Shown one piece after another: positions 38,845 through 52,700 of a stretch of 64,000 bases of DNA. Positions within the stretch are counted from its first letter, which is position 1. Each line of letters starts with the position of its first letter. The stretch comes from Folioceros fuciformis (Eukaryota). The stretch is taken from positions 1-64,000 of the forward strand of contig JBNGIO010005379.1 in the NCBI GenBank assembly GCA_049999805.1, read 5' to 3'. A program made the position numbers and the translations under genes. Under the pieces are notes generated by a model. The model saw nothing but the letters and a program-made list of their open reading frames with translations, was not told where the DNA came from and did no database searches.

Positions 38845-41800
38845 TCACTTGGATCCGACCCCTATCCAGCTTGATCTTAGTGCGTTGGCTGTCTCCTTTG
38901 GTGTTCGAGGGACCTGGATGAGAAATACGCGCAGGATGAGTTCAGTAAGAGCAGCATGCCTGTTTGTTGATTGAAACCAAATTGGCTTGGGACACGAGAC
39001 CTGTTGTCGAGTCTTTGCCAGATTGTTCTCCAGGATGCGTGGAAGCCCAAGTTGCTTCACACACTTCCCTGTCATGCACGGGACAGCCTTTCCTTGCGTT
39101 CCCCTGGACGTCATGGGACATTCAGTGAGGGAAAACAAGAGAGACGGGAGCACCGCGTCCAGCATCCGTTTCCCAACACCGTACCTGCCGTACAGGGATG
39201 GACTGCTCGTGCCCTTGCCCTGACCCCTGGTCACTGTAAAGTTGTCCACGCGCCTGATCGTAAGAGTCAGCTCCAGGACTGGCTGCGCTTCCAGGCCTTC
39301 GAGCAAGCATACGAAACACTTTCACAAGCTCCACACCTGCTCCAGCCAGTTTCTTATAAGATGACCCATTCAGCAGGACAAATCTGCAGGCTTCCCATCA
39401 GGCCCCGCTTTACCTAGAGCTGCACACTTGTTCTCAGCGCATGCTGCTCCTTCCAGTGCTGCTTGCACGGCAACGCTCACATGCTCAACTTTCCCATCCA
39501 GCAGCCTGTGAAGAAAGCAGGGGAAAGGGTCACATGGCTGGACGGCCTGTGTCACCAGGCGATCAAGCAAACAGTCCTTTTATCTTGAGACAACGTGGAC
39601 GACCTGAGATTACTGAACGTCGCGGATGCAACACTCTCAAGGCGAGTCTCCAGGTTGGAGATCCTGTTAGACGCACTTATGCCTCCAGAGTTATCAGCGT
39701 GGTCCAGACTGTGTCCATCACCCACATCTCCTTGCAATAGCTCGGCGTGAGAAGTGTCTGTCCGGTCACCGTCCATCCTGAAGGGAACACTAACACTGAT
39801 ACCACCACCTGCGATTGTCGCTGTAAAATGAGCAATCAAGGCTTTGCAGCTCCGACATCTGTTCGATCTACTGTACGGGCATGTCAATCACCTTTGTGTT
39901 GGATGCTGAGAACTTCATGACGGCTGTTGGCATCCCCTCCAGCACCTCTCTTCTCAATGTGCTCCAGTCGTAAAGACACTCCCTCTCCACCACCTACCCC
40001 GAGGCAGTAACATGACACCAACCACAATCAGAAAGGGTGCGCAGAAAGTAAGATGACTAGCCCGACAGAGTCAGCTCGTGTATGCATACCCAATTGCCCA
40101 GTTGAAGCATCCACCGTCTTGTTCTCCAGAACACAAAGACGAAGTGAATCTTCTCTGGTCGTCACATCTTAATCACAAGCAGAAAGAAAACAAGTCAGAG
40201 AATGGAATCAGGGGCGGAATACTGACTTTCTACTATTTAGCTGCTGTCGCTGACCTCGAGTTGGATTCCCAGCCACTCTTTCGGGCTGTGCTGCTGTTAT
40301 TGCCTTCTGAGACTGTTGCGCTCCACTTACTTCATCTATCCTGAACGCCAGTTGCCGCAATTCGTCCTTAATAGCCTCCTGGTCCTGTTCAAGTTTCTGT
40401 GCCATCGAGCACGTTGGATCCTCCTCGGCCGCAGCCGAGGCCGAGGTGACGGCCAGAGTGTTTCTGTTTTCACCTTCCCTAGTACGAGAAAGGGAAGCCA
40501 TGTCCTGTTCCAGCTGCTCGTGCAGCTGAAGGCTCTTTCTCCTCACACCATCAATTTCAGACTGGAACTTCTCAACCTCTTCCTGCAGCTGCATGCTCTT
40601 CCTCCTCGCAGTATCCATTTCGAAATGAAAGTCAGACACTGCTTTACCAGCCATTGCTGCGGTTGACTCGATCTCCTTGGCCGTACCTTTGACCTGCAGG
40701 CACACACACACACACAACAACAACAACAAAGGCTTAGCTCTGACCCTGATGCCAGTGTACCACATAACACAGCAGCCAGTACCACAACAGAGAATAACAT
40801 GACACCGCGTCAGGAATCTGCTTGTACCTTCATGATCTCCTTCTCCAAATTTTCCTGCAGTATTAGGCTCTTCCGCTTGGCCTGACCCATCTCAGTGCTG
40901 AAAGAGCCAACAACCTCTTGTAAGACATTGCCAACCTTCTCCGAAGATGTCCGTGCTTCAGCAACAGCTGCCACAGCTAAGTCCCTTTGCTGTTGCACAT
41001 CCACACTTGCTCTTCTAGCTTCCGCAATCAAGCCTTCCTGAAGCTCGACAGTTTTTCTCCTGGCATTCGCCATCTCGTTGCTGAACGAGCCCATGACTTG
41101 TTCAAGCACCTCGCTGGCACGAGATGCTGCTTGACAGGCTTCAGCCGCAGCTGCTGTTGCCCTATCACGGTCTTTTTCAGTACGTTTCAATGCATTACCT
41201 ACTTCCTCTGCTACTTCCTTCATCAGTCACAACAATTGTTGTCACCAAACAAGGTAGCCGTACGACGAGATATTGAAACACACCCCTCAAATGATTGTCA
41301 TACCTGAACTTCCAACACACCATTCTTGATGCAATCCACGTCACTTTTGAGAGCACAGGTCATGCTGTCTGTCTTGTCCTTCAATCCAGACACCCTTTTC
41401 TGCACTTCAGCCTTCAGAATTCCAGCAACCTCGTGCTTATTGGCCTCACAGATGTCTATCACTTGGCCTCGAATAAGGCTACTCTCCCTCTCCATAAGCC
41501 CTCGCACGTAGCCCCTCTCGGTCTCCACCAACCGTTGTAAGTAAGAGTTGCTGTCCAGATCGCACATCATGCTACCACTGCGCCCTTTGCCATTCTCCTT
41601 CATCTGTTGCCTCACCTCATCCAGCTCCTCCCTAACACAATCACAAAGGCGTTGTTCAGGACCTGCCCTGTCACGGGGGGCATCATTCTGGATGCTGCTA
41701 TCAATCATGGAGACACCTCACCTGAACCGCTCAAGCTCATCCAGCATGAACTTCCTTGGCATTTGCCCCGAACAGGGCATGGTGCTCCCGTCACCCCCCT

Positions 41801-44800
41801 TTTCCAGCAGATGCTGCTTCTGAAAATCACTCCATTGATTCTCCAGAGCATGGATCCGCTCCCGACAACACCTTTTGACACCGTACAGATCCGATCTCAC
41901 TTCCTCCAACCCTCCCAGGTACATCTGTGAAAGAGCCTCAACCCGTTCCATGATGAGCAGTTTTTCACGTGACCCTTCACGTTTACAGCCTCCACTTCTC
42001 TGCCATGCACCAACACCACCCCCACCCACAAAGTAACCATTACTGGCGATGACGATGGGCTATTTTGAATTGCGAGTGAAGGGATGCAGTGCCGAGATGT
42101 GTGACATACCTGCCGAAGCTCAACGTCGTCCACAATTCTCCTGAACTCGTCCATTTCAAGTTTCCGTTTGATGTTATCTTTCTCAAGTCTTGACAAAACT
42201 TTCCTGATTTGTTTGGTCTCTGCCCTGAGGGCGTCCTCAAGCTTCTTCAGTCCTTGCGATTCCAGCTTCACCTCAGATGCTACTCTTCTGATCTGTTGAA
42301 GGTGCTTCCGGAAATAGCCGTTGGGATTGTCGATGGCGTCAGTTATCTTGCCCTCGAGCTTTTCTTCCACCAAGTATTCCAGCTCCTTTTTCAGGTCGGC
42401 TTTGGTCTCAGCAACTTCAGCATGGTGATCTGCATGCATCTCTCGTAACCAAGAACGAATGTGAGACAAGGCCCCCATCTTGCAGGAGGTAGAACCAGCA
42501 GACATCAACATGGAGGCAGGTCTGCGTCTGCTGAAAGTTTTGCCCCACTGGGGCTTTCAAATGCTAGTATGCGGTGACTTGACCGGGAGGGGAGGAGCCA
42601 GAGGAAGGCCCTCTTTGGGAACACAGGCAGGCAACGATACCTGTCAGAAAAGTCTGAACTTCCGACATAAACACCTTCTTGCTTGCATCCCTGACAAAGG
42701 ACCCTATTTCCGATTTAAAGCATCGCATTTCATCCATTAGCCTTTCTCTGCAGCACTCATCTGTCTCAACTTTCTCTGCGACGATCTGATCGATTTTCAG
42801 TCTCAGTTCCCCTGCCAACCTCCTCTTCATATCCACAAGCTCCTCCTCAGTCTCACCTTTCAAGCATTCTATCTCCTTTTCTAAACCCACCACCCTGCCC
42901 CTCCAGCCCTCACCTTCCACATCGATACGAATCCTAAAACCTTCTACGGACCCCTTCAGCTCGCCAACTAGTCTGTTCAAACTGGAGATCTTTTTCTCGT
43001 ACACCTCATTCTGTACACTTTGCAGCTTGTGGGCCACAAACGATACCAGCCGATTGCCGAGGTAATCAGGGTTGTCCTTGTGTGTGCCTACCGCACTGGG
43101 GATGGCGTCCATGTTTTTTATGCAATTCTTCTTTAGCTCTTTCTGCAGCTGGCACCAGGACTGATCTTCTGCATCACCACTTCTTGAGCTGCTAGTCACT
43201 TTCTCGCTCAAGTCAATGAAGAAATAAGATGGTGGAGGCAGCTTTGATTTCGTGGGCTTGCATTTGGTGTCCACAGTGTCGTCCAGACCACAAAAGTCTG
43301 GTAGCTTGCTTGGCTTTGGAGCATTAGGAGAAAGGGAACATCTACCTAAAACCTCCTCAAGCTTCGGCTTCATCTCAGGAGGAGTTGTTGTTTCTGTTTT
43401 ACGTACCCCAAAGCAACTAGTGGTGCTGGATTCTGAAAGAGCAACCCCGCCACCGACGAGACCGGAATCAAGAGTTGAGCGGGGGAAGGTCGTGGGGAGT
43501 GTGATGGGAGTAGAGCAAGGGCTGGACAAATCGGCAGCAGCCAGAGGAGGCCTGTGGAGATCAGCAGGGCGTGCACAAGGATGAGTCCGGCAAGGCCCAC
43601 CGTTATCCCTCTTCTTCTGCGTTTTCTTCTTCTGGCTCAGCTTTCTGGCATAGTGGGACAGAGAAAGAGATGACGTCGAAGCCTCTTTGTCATCATCGGC
43701 ATCGCCATTGCCAGCAGCAGATCCTGAAGTAGAATGAGAAGAAGACGACAGAGATAAAGACGATGAGCAGCAGTCGTTGATTGATTTTGCAGAAGCAGTC
43801 TTCTTCTTGTATATACTCCCCCTGGCAGTGCGCCCTCTGGGTTTGCCAGGAAATGGAGATGTTTCTTTCGCCTTCACGTCGTCCAGTACTCTGCTGCATT
43901 GCAGAAAATTGACCACTTTCTCCCTCTCTGCGGCCAGCTGATTCGGCGACAGAACTGGCTCGTGCAGAACTCCGACAAGAGGAGCAGCATGAGGCGCAGC
44001 GACCGGCTGCGTACTACTTGCGTCGTCGTCCTCCACAACCGAATGGTCACCATCTGGCTGCTTGCCTGTGGCAGGAGGTGCAGCAGAGTGTGTGGACCTC
44101 GAACCCCTTGGAACGGCTTGAGCAGGCAGAAACTTGGATTCTTGCGCCCTGGCCTGCAGTGCCCTCAGTTCTGCCCTAAACCTTTCAAATTCTTCACGCA
44201 CCCATGCATTGTGGTGTGTTGCTGCCGCCGCTTGTTGGACCTGGTGAGCTTTCTTGTCCTCACGTTGGCCAACTTCAGTTCCAATTCCAGTTCCAGCCGG
44301 GGCAAGGAGTTTGGGGCATTGATCCGTGGAGGAGACGCTGGAGCACCTGGGTATAGGCAGCCGTAGCTCTACCCCGAGCCCTTGGCACGTGGAGGGTCGA
44401 GCATCCTCAGAGTCATATTCACCACCTGCCTCGACCTTGGTTTTCCTCTTGTCCAGAAAAGGTTGGCAACGAGGCACCTTGGAGACGTTGAATCCAGAGT
44501 GATCCACTCTGGTTTTCTTACTGCAACTGGGCTTCAATCCGGGGGGGTCTCCTTCCCCGGAGTCCTGGTGGTTGCTGTCTCCAACTGCTATTGCTGCTGC
44601 CGTTGTTGCTGCTGCTGGCTTGAAGGAACCTGAAGGAAGAGGAGGCTTGGAAGCAGCAGCTGCTGATGCTCCTCCTTCACCAGTTCCTTCCTTGTTGTTG
44701 TCGTTGTTACGCGTGTCGGTTGTGGAGCCCCGCCCCGGGCTTCTACTCCTCAGCCTCTTCTCTAAATGTCCCTCCTCTTGGCCTGCCCAGCCTCTTCCCC

Positions 44801-46395
44801 TCTCCCTCTCGTCAACATGGCGTGTGGGTGGAGAATCAGCCTCAGGCTCGGCCTCACCCTCAACCTCAGCCTCAGCCTCAGCCTCAGCCTCAGCCTCAGC
44901 CTCAGCCTCAGCCTCACCCGTCCCTTTGAATGAGGCTGTGTCACTGGATCCCTGGCCCCAGCCACTCACACCTCCTTGCTCCATGTCACACCCACCATCA
45001 TCCACACATGCCACTAATCCCAGAGCTCCTACTCGAGGGACTCCCCTCACAAACCGAGACCTGATCGGTGACACGTCCCCGACGCTGTCCCCTGCCAGAA
45101 ACAAAATCAACGAGATGTTGAGTCAGAACCTAACTAACCCCATCCCCGCCCTTGGGATCGATGTGACTCCCACCATGACACGACACGACACGCTACGACA
45201 AGACCGGACAGACGCAGGAAGGAACAAAGGAAGGGAGTTTCTGTTGTGCAAGGTAACTTCAGTGACACTGACACTGACACTGACCTCACCTGTGAGAGGC
45301 CGCCTGAGAGAAGAAGCTGCGGACTTGAGCGAATCGCCCACAAAGGGGCAGGCACGATCCTCCGGAGCCTCCCACGGGCACGACGGCTTTCGGGCACTGG
45401 GTGTGGACCTGCGAGCAGTGCTGGGCACGGTAGTGCATCTACCTCGCCTGCTGAACGCGTACGGATACCTGCACAGCCCAGAGGGCAAACAGCACTGGTG
45501 TGGGCGTGCAGTCCAGATGCATGGCATTGCGTGTAGCAAAATCTGTGGACATTGGTGGCCCGGCTCCAGCACCTCTGGTGCAGGCTGTTGAGGAAGTCCC
45601 CGGAGCTGCTTGCCAGCTTCTTCTTGCAGCCGGTGGAGGCGCAGGAGCCCGAGGCAGCAGGAGAGTCCAGCCTGCGCTTCGTCCTGGCACGGCCATGGAT
45701 CCTCGGGGTGATGCTACTCTCTGGGCGCAGCAACGCCGCCTTGGCATGCGCAGCAGGGGACTTGGCCTGCACCACCCGGAATTTTCAAATGGCATGGAAC
45801 ATGTTTGCGTGGTTGGTTGGTGACAGTGTGTCCAGGAGCAGGAGCAGGCGCAGGCACAAGAGGAGAAGAGACGGCGGGCAAATGCAGCTCATTCTACCCT
45901 GCTGCAGCTCCGGCGCAAGGGACAGGCGGCGCCGAGCGGCGGGGGATGACACTCCGCCTCCACTTGCGCTTCCCCAGCAGCTGCGTCGGTGGAGGAGCCC
46001 GCTGCCGCAGCCTGCTCCAGCTCTTTCACCCGGCTGCGTACTCCGTCCAGATGCCGCTGTAGCTCCTGAGCCCAGGAAAGCAGCAGGAGCACCAAAGTGA
46101 TGGATTTTTGCGCGCTGCCATGATCGTCTAGCAGCAGGGAAATCAGAAGAGGAAGGAAGAGGCAACGAATGGTCACCTCGCAGGCCTTGTGGTGTCGCGG
46201 CTCCATGTACAGGGGATGGCAGGGCATCACCACGGACACGAGCTTGAGGAACTTGCGCAGATGCGACAGCTCCTGCGCCGGGAGCTGGAACTTGCGCGCC
46301 CCGATGGCCTTCTTCAAGCAAAGCCGCGCATTGCGGCAGTAGAAGGTGAAGGGCAGGATTGTCCCGTCCATGGCTTCCGCCTCCACCTCCGCCAT
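38845..46395 (-). CDS. Large multi-exon protein of unknown function with disordered and coiled-coil regions (boundaries uncertain; may be two genes)
   Basis: Chain of minus-strand ORFs (45889-46407, 45134-45775, 42564-45110, 41897-42511, 41718-42029, 41298-41708, 40810-41223, 40208-40765, 39552-39887) with plausible GT-AG junctions and E/K/R-rich heptad-like segments; no domain recognised. Confidence 0.55.
44855..44916. repeat. Coding hexanucleotide microsatellite (gcctca)n encoding (EA)n
   Basis: Run of gcctca units inside the 42564-45110 ORF. Confidence 0.85.
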
Positions 46396-47475
46396 GTCCG
46401 CTTCCAATTCCGCCTCCGCCTCCGCCTCCGCCGTGAACGTTGCCCCTCCCCTTGCCTTTGCCTTTGCCTACCATAACCGCCACTGTTCCCGGCACCAGGA
46501 CGCAATAGCAACAGCCTTAACAACTGCTGGCCCTCCACCGTTAAAACGCTTCCGCCGTTACGTCTAACGACCAGTCACACACTTTGCCACCATTGCCGAT
46601 TCAAATTACGTACGTTTGGCTGGGGCTGGTGTGAGACCCGAGAATTGTAATTCTCAAACCAGGTCCACTCATTGTTCCACGTTCTAAATACCTATATCCA
46701 CTAGTTTAATCTTTATGTTAATTTAATATTAGTATTTTTCAAATTTGTGAAGCTGGACTCGTTTCGACAATGAGTTTCCATCCCTTGGCATTGGCCCATG
46801 CGGTCTTTATCCCATAGGTAGGTAGGTAGGCCTTTTATTATTTTATTATTATTACTCTTGTCCAAGTCTATTACACCAAAATAGAAGTGAGCTGCTAGCC
46901 TTCCTCTTTCTTACATCCATAGGGTGTTGGCTAATGTATAGGACATCAACAAGCATTGTTGTAAGCAATTCTTTAGCTCTGATGGTAGGTAGGCTATTTT
47001 ACATTCTTGACCACAAGATCTCCGAGTAAGTGGTAATTTCAATAGAGGTGATCATGAAGCTAATCCCTTAGATTAAGTGCCCTTCATTGGGTTGTTGCCC
47101 TTTGTTTTAAGAGTATATGGGTTTTCATCTCTTCTTTTATAGGAGCTACATTGAAGACAAACCTTTCATAACATGAACTCTATAGCTCCTTGGACATGTA
47201 TTCTAAAACATCCTATAGCACGATAAGTCATTTTGGACTAAATAAAGGGCATAACCTGCAAAGATTGTGCTCTTAAAGACTCAATTGGCCCAAATGAAGT
47301 GCCCTTGGCAAGCAGTCTAGCATATTCCCCAACATCTCCAACCAAGAGCATTACTTAAGCTGCACCTCGATAGGGTCCATAGCAGCACAGTCCTTCTTAC
47401 CAACCTTCAACCTAGATCTTATTTTATATCCCATCTCCTCTCACAAAGCTGCCCAATGCCCAACTTGCTTGGTAA

Positions 47476-47650
47476 GCAGCTTAGCATATTCACCAGCACA
47501 GCCCAACAAAACACGCTTAGCATATTTTCAATCACAGCCTAACAAAACATGCTTAGCATATTCCCCATCACACCCTAGCAAAACATGCTTAGCATATTCC
47601 CCATCACACCCTAGCAAAACATGCTTAGCATATTCCCCATCACACCCTAG
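47476..47650. repeat. 36-bp tandem repeat, ~5 copies
   Basis: Unit gcttagcatattccccatcacaccctagcaaaacat; it generates the spurious LAYSPSHPSKTC ORF. Confidence 0.9.
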
Positions 47651-48258
47651 TAAGGCAGGCTTCTTAAACTGTGCCTTAGCAGAGGGTTCATAGTGACCTA
47701 GTCTTCCTTGGCAACCTCTAGTCTAAACATGTTTAGCATATTCCCCATCATAGCCTAGTAAGTCATGCTTCTTAAGCTGTGCCTTTGCATGGTTCATAGT
47801 GACCTAGTCTTCCTTGGCAACCTCTAGCCTAGATCTTATTATGTGCCTCATCTCCTCTTATGAAGCTATTAGTGCCCAACAATTGCTCAGCAATGTCAAG
47901 CATGATTGTGTGCTTATGGCTTAGATGCATCCAAATAGTAATTAGTTAATAATTAACTAATATTAATGAATAGTATTAATAATAATTAATAACTATTTAG
48001 TCAAGTTTATTAAAAATATATGATATAATATAAAGTCAACTAGATACACACAACTAGATGTGTGGATGTGGGTTTAGGGTTTAGGTTGCAGTAGGTCTCA
48101 AGTAGTAGGCATAAAAGTCTAGCTCAATGAGTGTCCGTTGCAGTTGTAAGCTTGTATTGTCTTGCTTTTTGGGAATAAGCTTTCTCTTATGGGAGCATCC
48201 TCTTGTTGCAAATCCGGTTGAGGTGTGCATGTGCGCGGTGTGTAAGATTATGTGACCC

Positions 48259-48419
48259 GATCGAGGATTTGAGAAGCCAAGTTACAGCTCTGAGAAGTGT
48301 GGATGCAAGTAGATCGAGGATTTGAGAAGCCAAGTTACAGCTCTGATAAGTGTGGATACAAGTAGATCGAGGATTTCATAAGCCAAGTTACAGCTCTAAG
48401 AAGTGTGGATGCAAGTAGA
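48259..48419. repeat. 53-bp tandem repeat, 3 copies
   Basis: Unit gatcgaggatttgagaagccaagttacagctctgagaagtgtggatgcaagta. Confidence 0.92.
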
Positions 48420-49747
48420 GGAGATTTTGTGGTGTCTGACAGAAGCAAACCCTTCAACTCTTACAAGCTTACAGCACCCTGTTTAATGTGTGTGTAATGT
48501 GGTGTGGTGTGAGTATTGTTAACTAATGAACCATGCAGGAGGGTGATGTTGAGCGGCACAGCATGACAACAAGCATCCACGCATATTCCCTAACCTAACG
48601 TGTACAACCAAGCAAGACACTCTACGTAAGTTGCACATTAGCAAAGTTCATAGTAACCTAGTCCTCGTCGGCAACCTCTAGCCTAGATCTTATTATGTGC
48701 CTCATCTCCTCTTGCAAAGCTCCCTAGTGCCCAACTCACTTGGCAAGTAGCCTAGCATGCAATTCCTCAACCTTGGCAACCTCTCATACAAAAGCTCCCT
48801 TTACAGAATATAACTTTGGTTGAAAAAAAAATGTGCTAGACCACTTGCTTCACTCCTCCACCCATGCATAATTGATAAGCTTAAGCTCAATGAGAACTTC
48901 ACCTCTAACCAAGATCTATCGATAACTAACTATCAAATACTCTCCCTACACCTTGTTCATAAGCTCAACTCGCATAATGCCTTTGGATGTTTGTTCCAAC
49001 TCTTCAACAATGTTAACCTAGTGCTCACTAGCTCTTCCTATGTCATCTCTCATTTATTAGCTCAAGGGTGGGCCTTGACCACCCGTGTATGGGAGGTTGC
49101 TAAGGTTGAAAAATTATGTACTAGTCTATTGGCTTCTTAGAGCACTCTTCACAAAATATGGCCTTTTACTAAAAATAAAATGTTTTTATTGTAAATATAA
49201 TTCAAATAATTTCTTTGTAAGCTTGTTTTCAATTCTTTTTCGAGCCATAAATGATGATGAGATACAAGCACATGGGATTAGCAATGGGTTAGTGGATTCA
49301 TAGTACTAAGGGTAGGATTTGGGAATTTGTATAATATCATGGCCTGATAGCAATGCTATGGTGCAGTTTACCCAGGGTTGGGGCATGGGCTTGCCTTGGG
49401 CTCAATCAAGTTTAAGTTACATTCTTTTATGCACAATTTAAATTTAATTCTTAATTGATATATGCTTTATTTATTCTGGTATTGATTAATTGATTTATAA
49501 ATCTTCACTTTTGTGGCTCATAAAGCTTTTCTTCGACAGATAGCTTAGTTTGGAACATGGACGAACAGGTGACTCTGGCTCCGTGCAGATTGCCTGATTG
49601 TGCTGGGCTCCCATCTGCCATCCGGTTCGAGAAGGAAAAGGTGCCCATTTCTCAGGGCTTGGATGATGCAGGCATGCTGCCTTGTCTAGGATCGGCTCTC
49701 CATGTGCAAAGCCAGAGACAGGCGGCCCCCGTGACCTCCATGGATTC

Positions 49748-52700
49748 ATGGCTGTCGGGAACGTGGTCATACGTATTCTTGGAAGAGCACCAGCTCAAGT
49801 TCAACCTCAATCTCAAGCTCATGTGCCTTGTAGGAACCAACGCCGACCCCAACTCTTGGCACACAAGCACGCTGCCAGATACAGCAGCACCTGGCCATCA
49901 ACGCCACAGCCGGATGAACCTGGATCTGGTGGCCGGATCCGGTGTGCAGAATACGAAAGGGGAGCCGCCGTTACCCAGCTCTGTGACCAGGGTTATATCA
50001 CCCAAGCTGTCGAGGCTCTTGGAGTTCTGGTGCAGACGCGATGCTGCATTTCCAAATCTCTCTTTTCTGCCGTCCTCAAGAAATGTGCGTTCCGAAAGGA
50101 CCTTGTTCTGGGCCGCCGAGTTCATGCCTTCGCTGTGAGAACGGGGTACCAATCGGACGCTGTCCTGGGCACCAGCATCCTGCGAATGTACGCCTCTCAT
50201 GGCAGGTTGCAAGACGCCATGGATGTGTTTGAGCTGGTTTCAGAACCGGATGCCTTCACCTGGTCTGCCGTAATCTCTGCGCATGCTAAACAAGGCCAAG
50301 ACAAGCTGGCCGTAGAGCTTTATCATCGGATGCGCAGGTCCAGCGTGAAGCCTGATGGCCATGTGTTTGTGGCAGTTCTGCAGGCTTGTGCAAGGGGACA
50401 CGACTTGAAAACGGGGCAGCAGGTGCATGCTCACCTCCTGGCCACAGGCACCCAACCTGATTGTTTCGTGACCACTTGCTTGGTGAACATGTACGCCAAG
50501 TGTGGCCAATTGGAAGATGCTCACACACTCTTTGACGGACTCGGACAGAATCAAAAACATGTCGTGACGTGGACTGCTCTCATCGCAGGGTACTCCCAGC
50601 AGGGTAGGGGGCAGGAAGCCCTTCGCATCTACGGCGCTATGCAACGAGAAGGCCTTACTGTTCCCAATTCCGTTACATTTGTGTGCCTTCTGCAGGCATG
50701 TTCCAGTGTGGGGGCCCCAGCTTTGGACAAGGGGAGGCAGCTTCATGCAGAAATCAGGGACCACGGACATCAGGATGATGTCTTCGTGGCCAACAGCTTG
50801 GTCAACATGTATGCCAAGTGTGGCAGCCTAGAGGATGCTCGCAGAGTATTTCAGGGACTTCGCCACAAGGATGTGGGAACGTGGAATGCATTGATAGCTG
50901 GGCATGCCCACCATGGCAAGGGCCAAGAAGCCCTCCGTCTCTACGATGTCATGAAACACGAATGCAGCACTACACCTGATTCCATGACCTTTGTGTGTCT
51001 CCTGCAGGCATGCGCAGCCGTGGGCACCCCAGCTTTGGAGAAGGGGAGGCAACTTCATGTGCAAATTAGGGAAGGAGGACATGAAGCTGACATGTTTCTG
51101 GCTAACAATTTGGTGAATATGTATGCAAAGTGTGGTAGCATCGAAGACGCTGAGAGAGTGTTCCATGGGCTCCATCAAAGGGATGTGGTCACATGGAATG
51201 CCATGATAGCAGGATATTCGCAGCAAGGCATGGGCTGGGAAGCCCTTCGTGTCTACACTGATATGCAGGAAGAAGCAAGTGCACCACCGAATTCCGTGAC
51301 TTTTGTGTGTCTCCTTCAGGCCTGTGCAAATGTGGGCAGCGCAGGTTTGGAGAAGGGGAGGGAGATTCATGCGCAGATAGCAGAATCTGTACATCAGGCT
51401 GATGAATTTGTAGCCAACAGTTTGGTGAACATGTATGCCAAGTGTGGCAGCTTGGACGATGCTCAGCGTGTGTTTGATGGACTGCGTAGGAAGGATGTGG
51501 TGATGTGGACTGCTCTGATTGCAGGTTATTCCCAACAGGACATGGGCCAGAAAGCGCTCCATCTGTACAGTGCTATGCAAGAAGAAGGAACAGCAGTGCC
51601 CAACTCCTTGACATTTGTAAGTCTCCTGCAGGCATGCGCAAGTGTGGGCACCCAAGCTTTGGACAAGGGGAAGCAGATTCATATGCAAATAAGAGAACAA
51701 GGACATGAAGCTGATCTATTTGTGGCCAACAGTCTGGTGAACATGTACGCAAAGTGTGGCAGCCTGGAAGATGCCCACGCTGTGTTTGACGGACTCACTC
51801 AGAAAGACGTCGTTACTTGGACTGCTCTGATTGCAGGATACTCCCAGCAGAACATGAGCCAGGAGGCGCTCCGTCTTTACGGTGCAATGCAAGAGGACAG
51901 CATGGCTGTACCCAATTCCATGACATTTGGCTATCTCCTCCAGGCTTGTTCAAATTTGGGGACCCCAGCTTTGGACAAGGGGAAGCAGCTTCATGCAGAA
52001 ATTAGAGCACGAGGATATCAGGGTGATTTGTTTGTGGCCAACAGTTTGGTGAACATGTATGTAAAGTGTGGCAGCCTTGAGGACGCCCATAGAGTGTTTG
52101 ATGGCATGGTGGAAAAAGATGTGGTCACTTGGACTGCTCTAATTGCAGGGTACTCCCAGCACGGTATGGGGCAGGAAGCCCTTCGTCATTACATTGCTAT
52201 GCAAGACGAAGGCATCACCGTGCCCGATCCTGTGACGTTTGTGTGCCTCCTGCAGGCGTGTGCAAATGTGGCAGCTTTGCACCTGGGGAGGCAGATACAT
52301 GCACAGATTGAGGAACAAGGGCTTCACCACCAAGCGTTTATAGCGAGCAGTTTGATTAACATGTATGGAAAGGCTGGGAGCATGGTTAACGCGCAGCAGG
52401 TGTTTGATGGCTTGCCGCACAGAGAGACTGTTGCCTGGAGTGCGCTGATTGCTGGCTACGCCTCTCAAGGACACAGTGAAATAGTCTTTGACTTGGTCCA
52501 GAGAATGAGAGACGATGGCGTGCAGCCAGTTGGCGTCACATTCCTTAGTGTATTAACAGTGTGTAGTCATGCTGGTCAAATGGCCAAGGGCATGGAGTTC
52601 TTCGAGGCTATGAGCAGAGAGTATGGCGTCACTCGCACAGTGGAGCACTACACATGCATGGTGGACCTTCTGGGCCGTGCCGGTCAAGTGGATGAAGCAC

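Larger units (their letters stand above)
46700..49500. mobile_element. AT-rich non-coding repeat island, probably a degenerate non-autonomous TE
   Basis: No credible ORF; contains 36-bp and 53-bp tandem arrays and dispersed copies of gttcatagtgacctagtcttccttggcaacctctag and cctagatcttatt...catctcctct. No terminal structures identified. Confidence 0.5.

Noticed and set aside
44572-45591. 339-aa plus-strand ORF
   Set aside because: Antisense shadow of a GC-rich low-complexity minus-strand exon and its microsatellite.
47469-47693. 74-aa ORF with LAYSPSHPSKTC repeats
   Set aside because: By-product of a 36-bp tandem repeat; non-ATG start and no domain.
50828-51706. 292-aa antisense ORF, and similar ORFs opposite the other PPR genes
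   Set aside because: Expected shadow frames of repetitive PPR coding sequence; no independent motifs.
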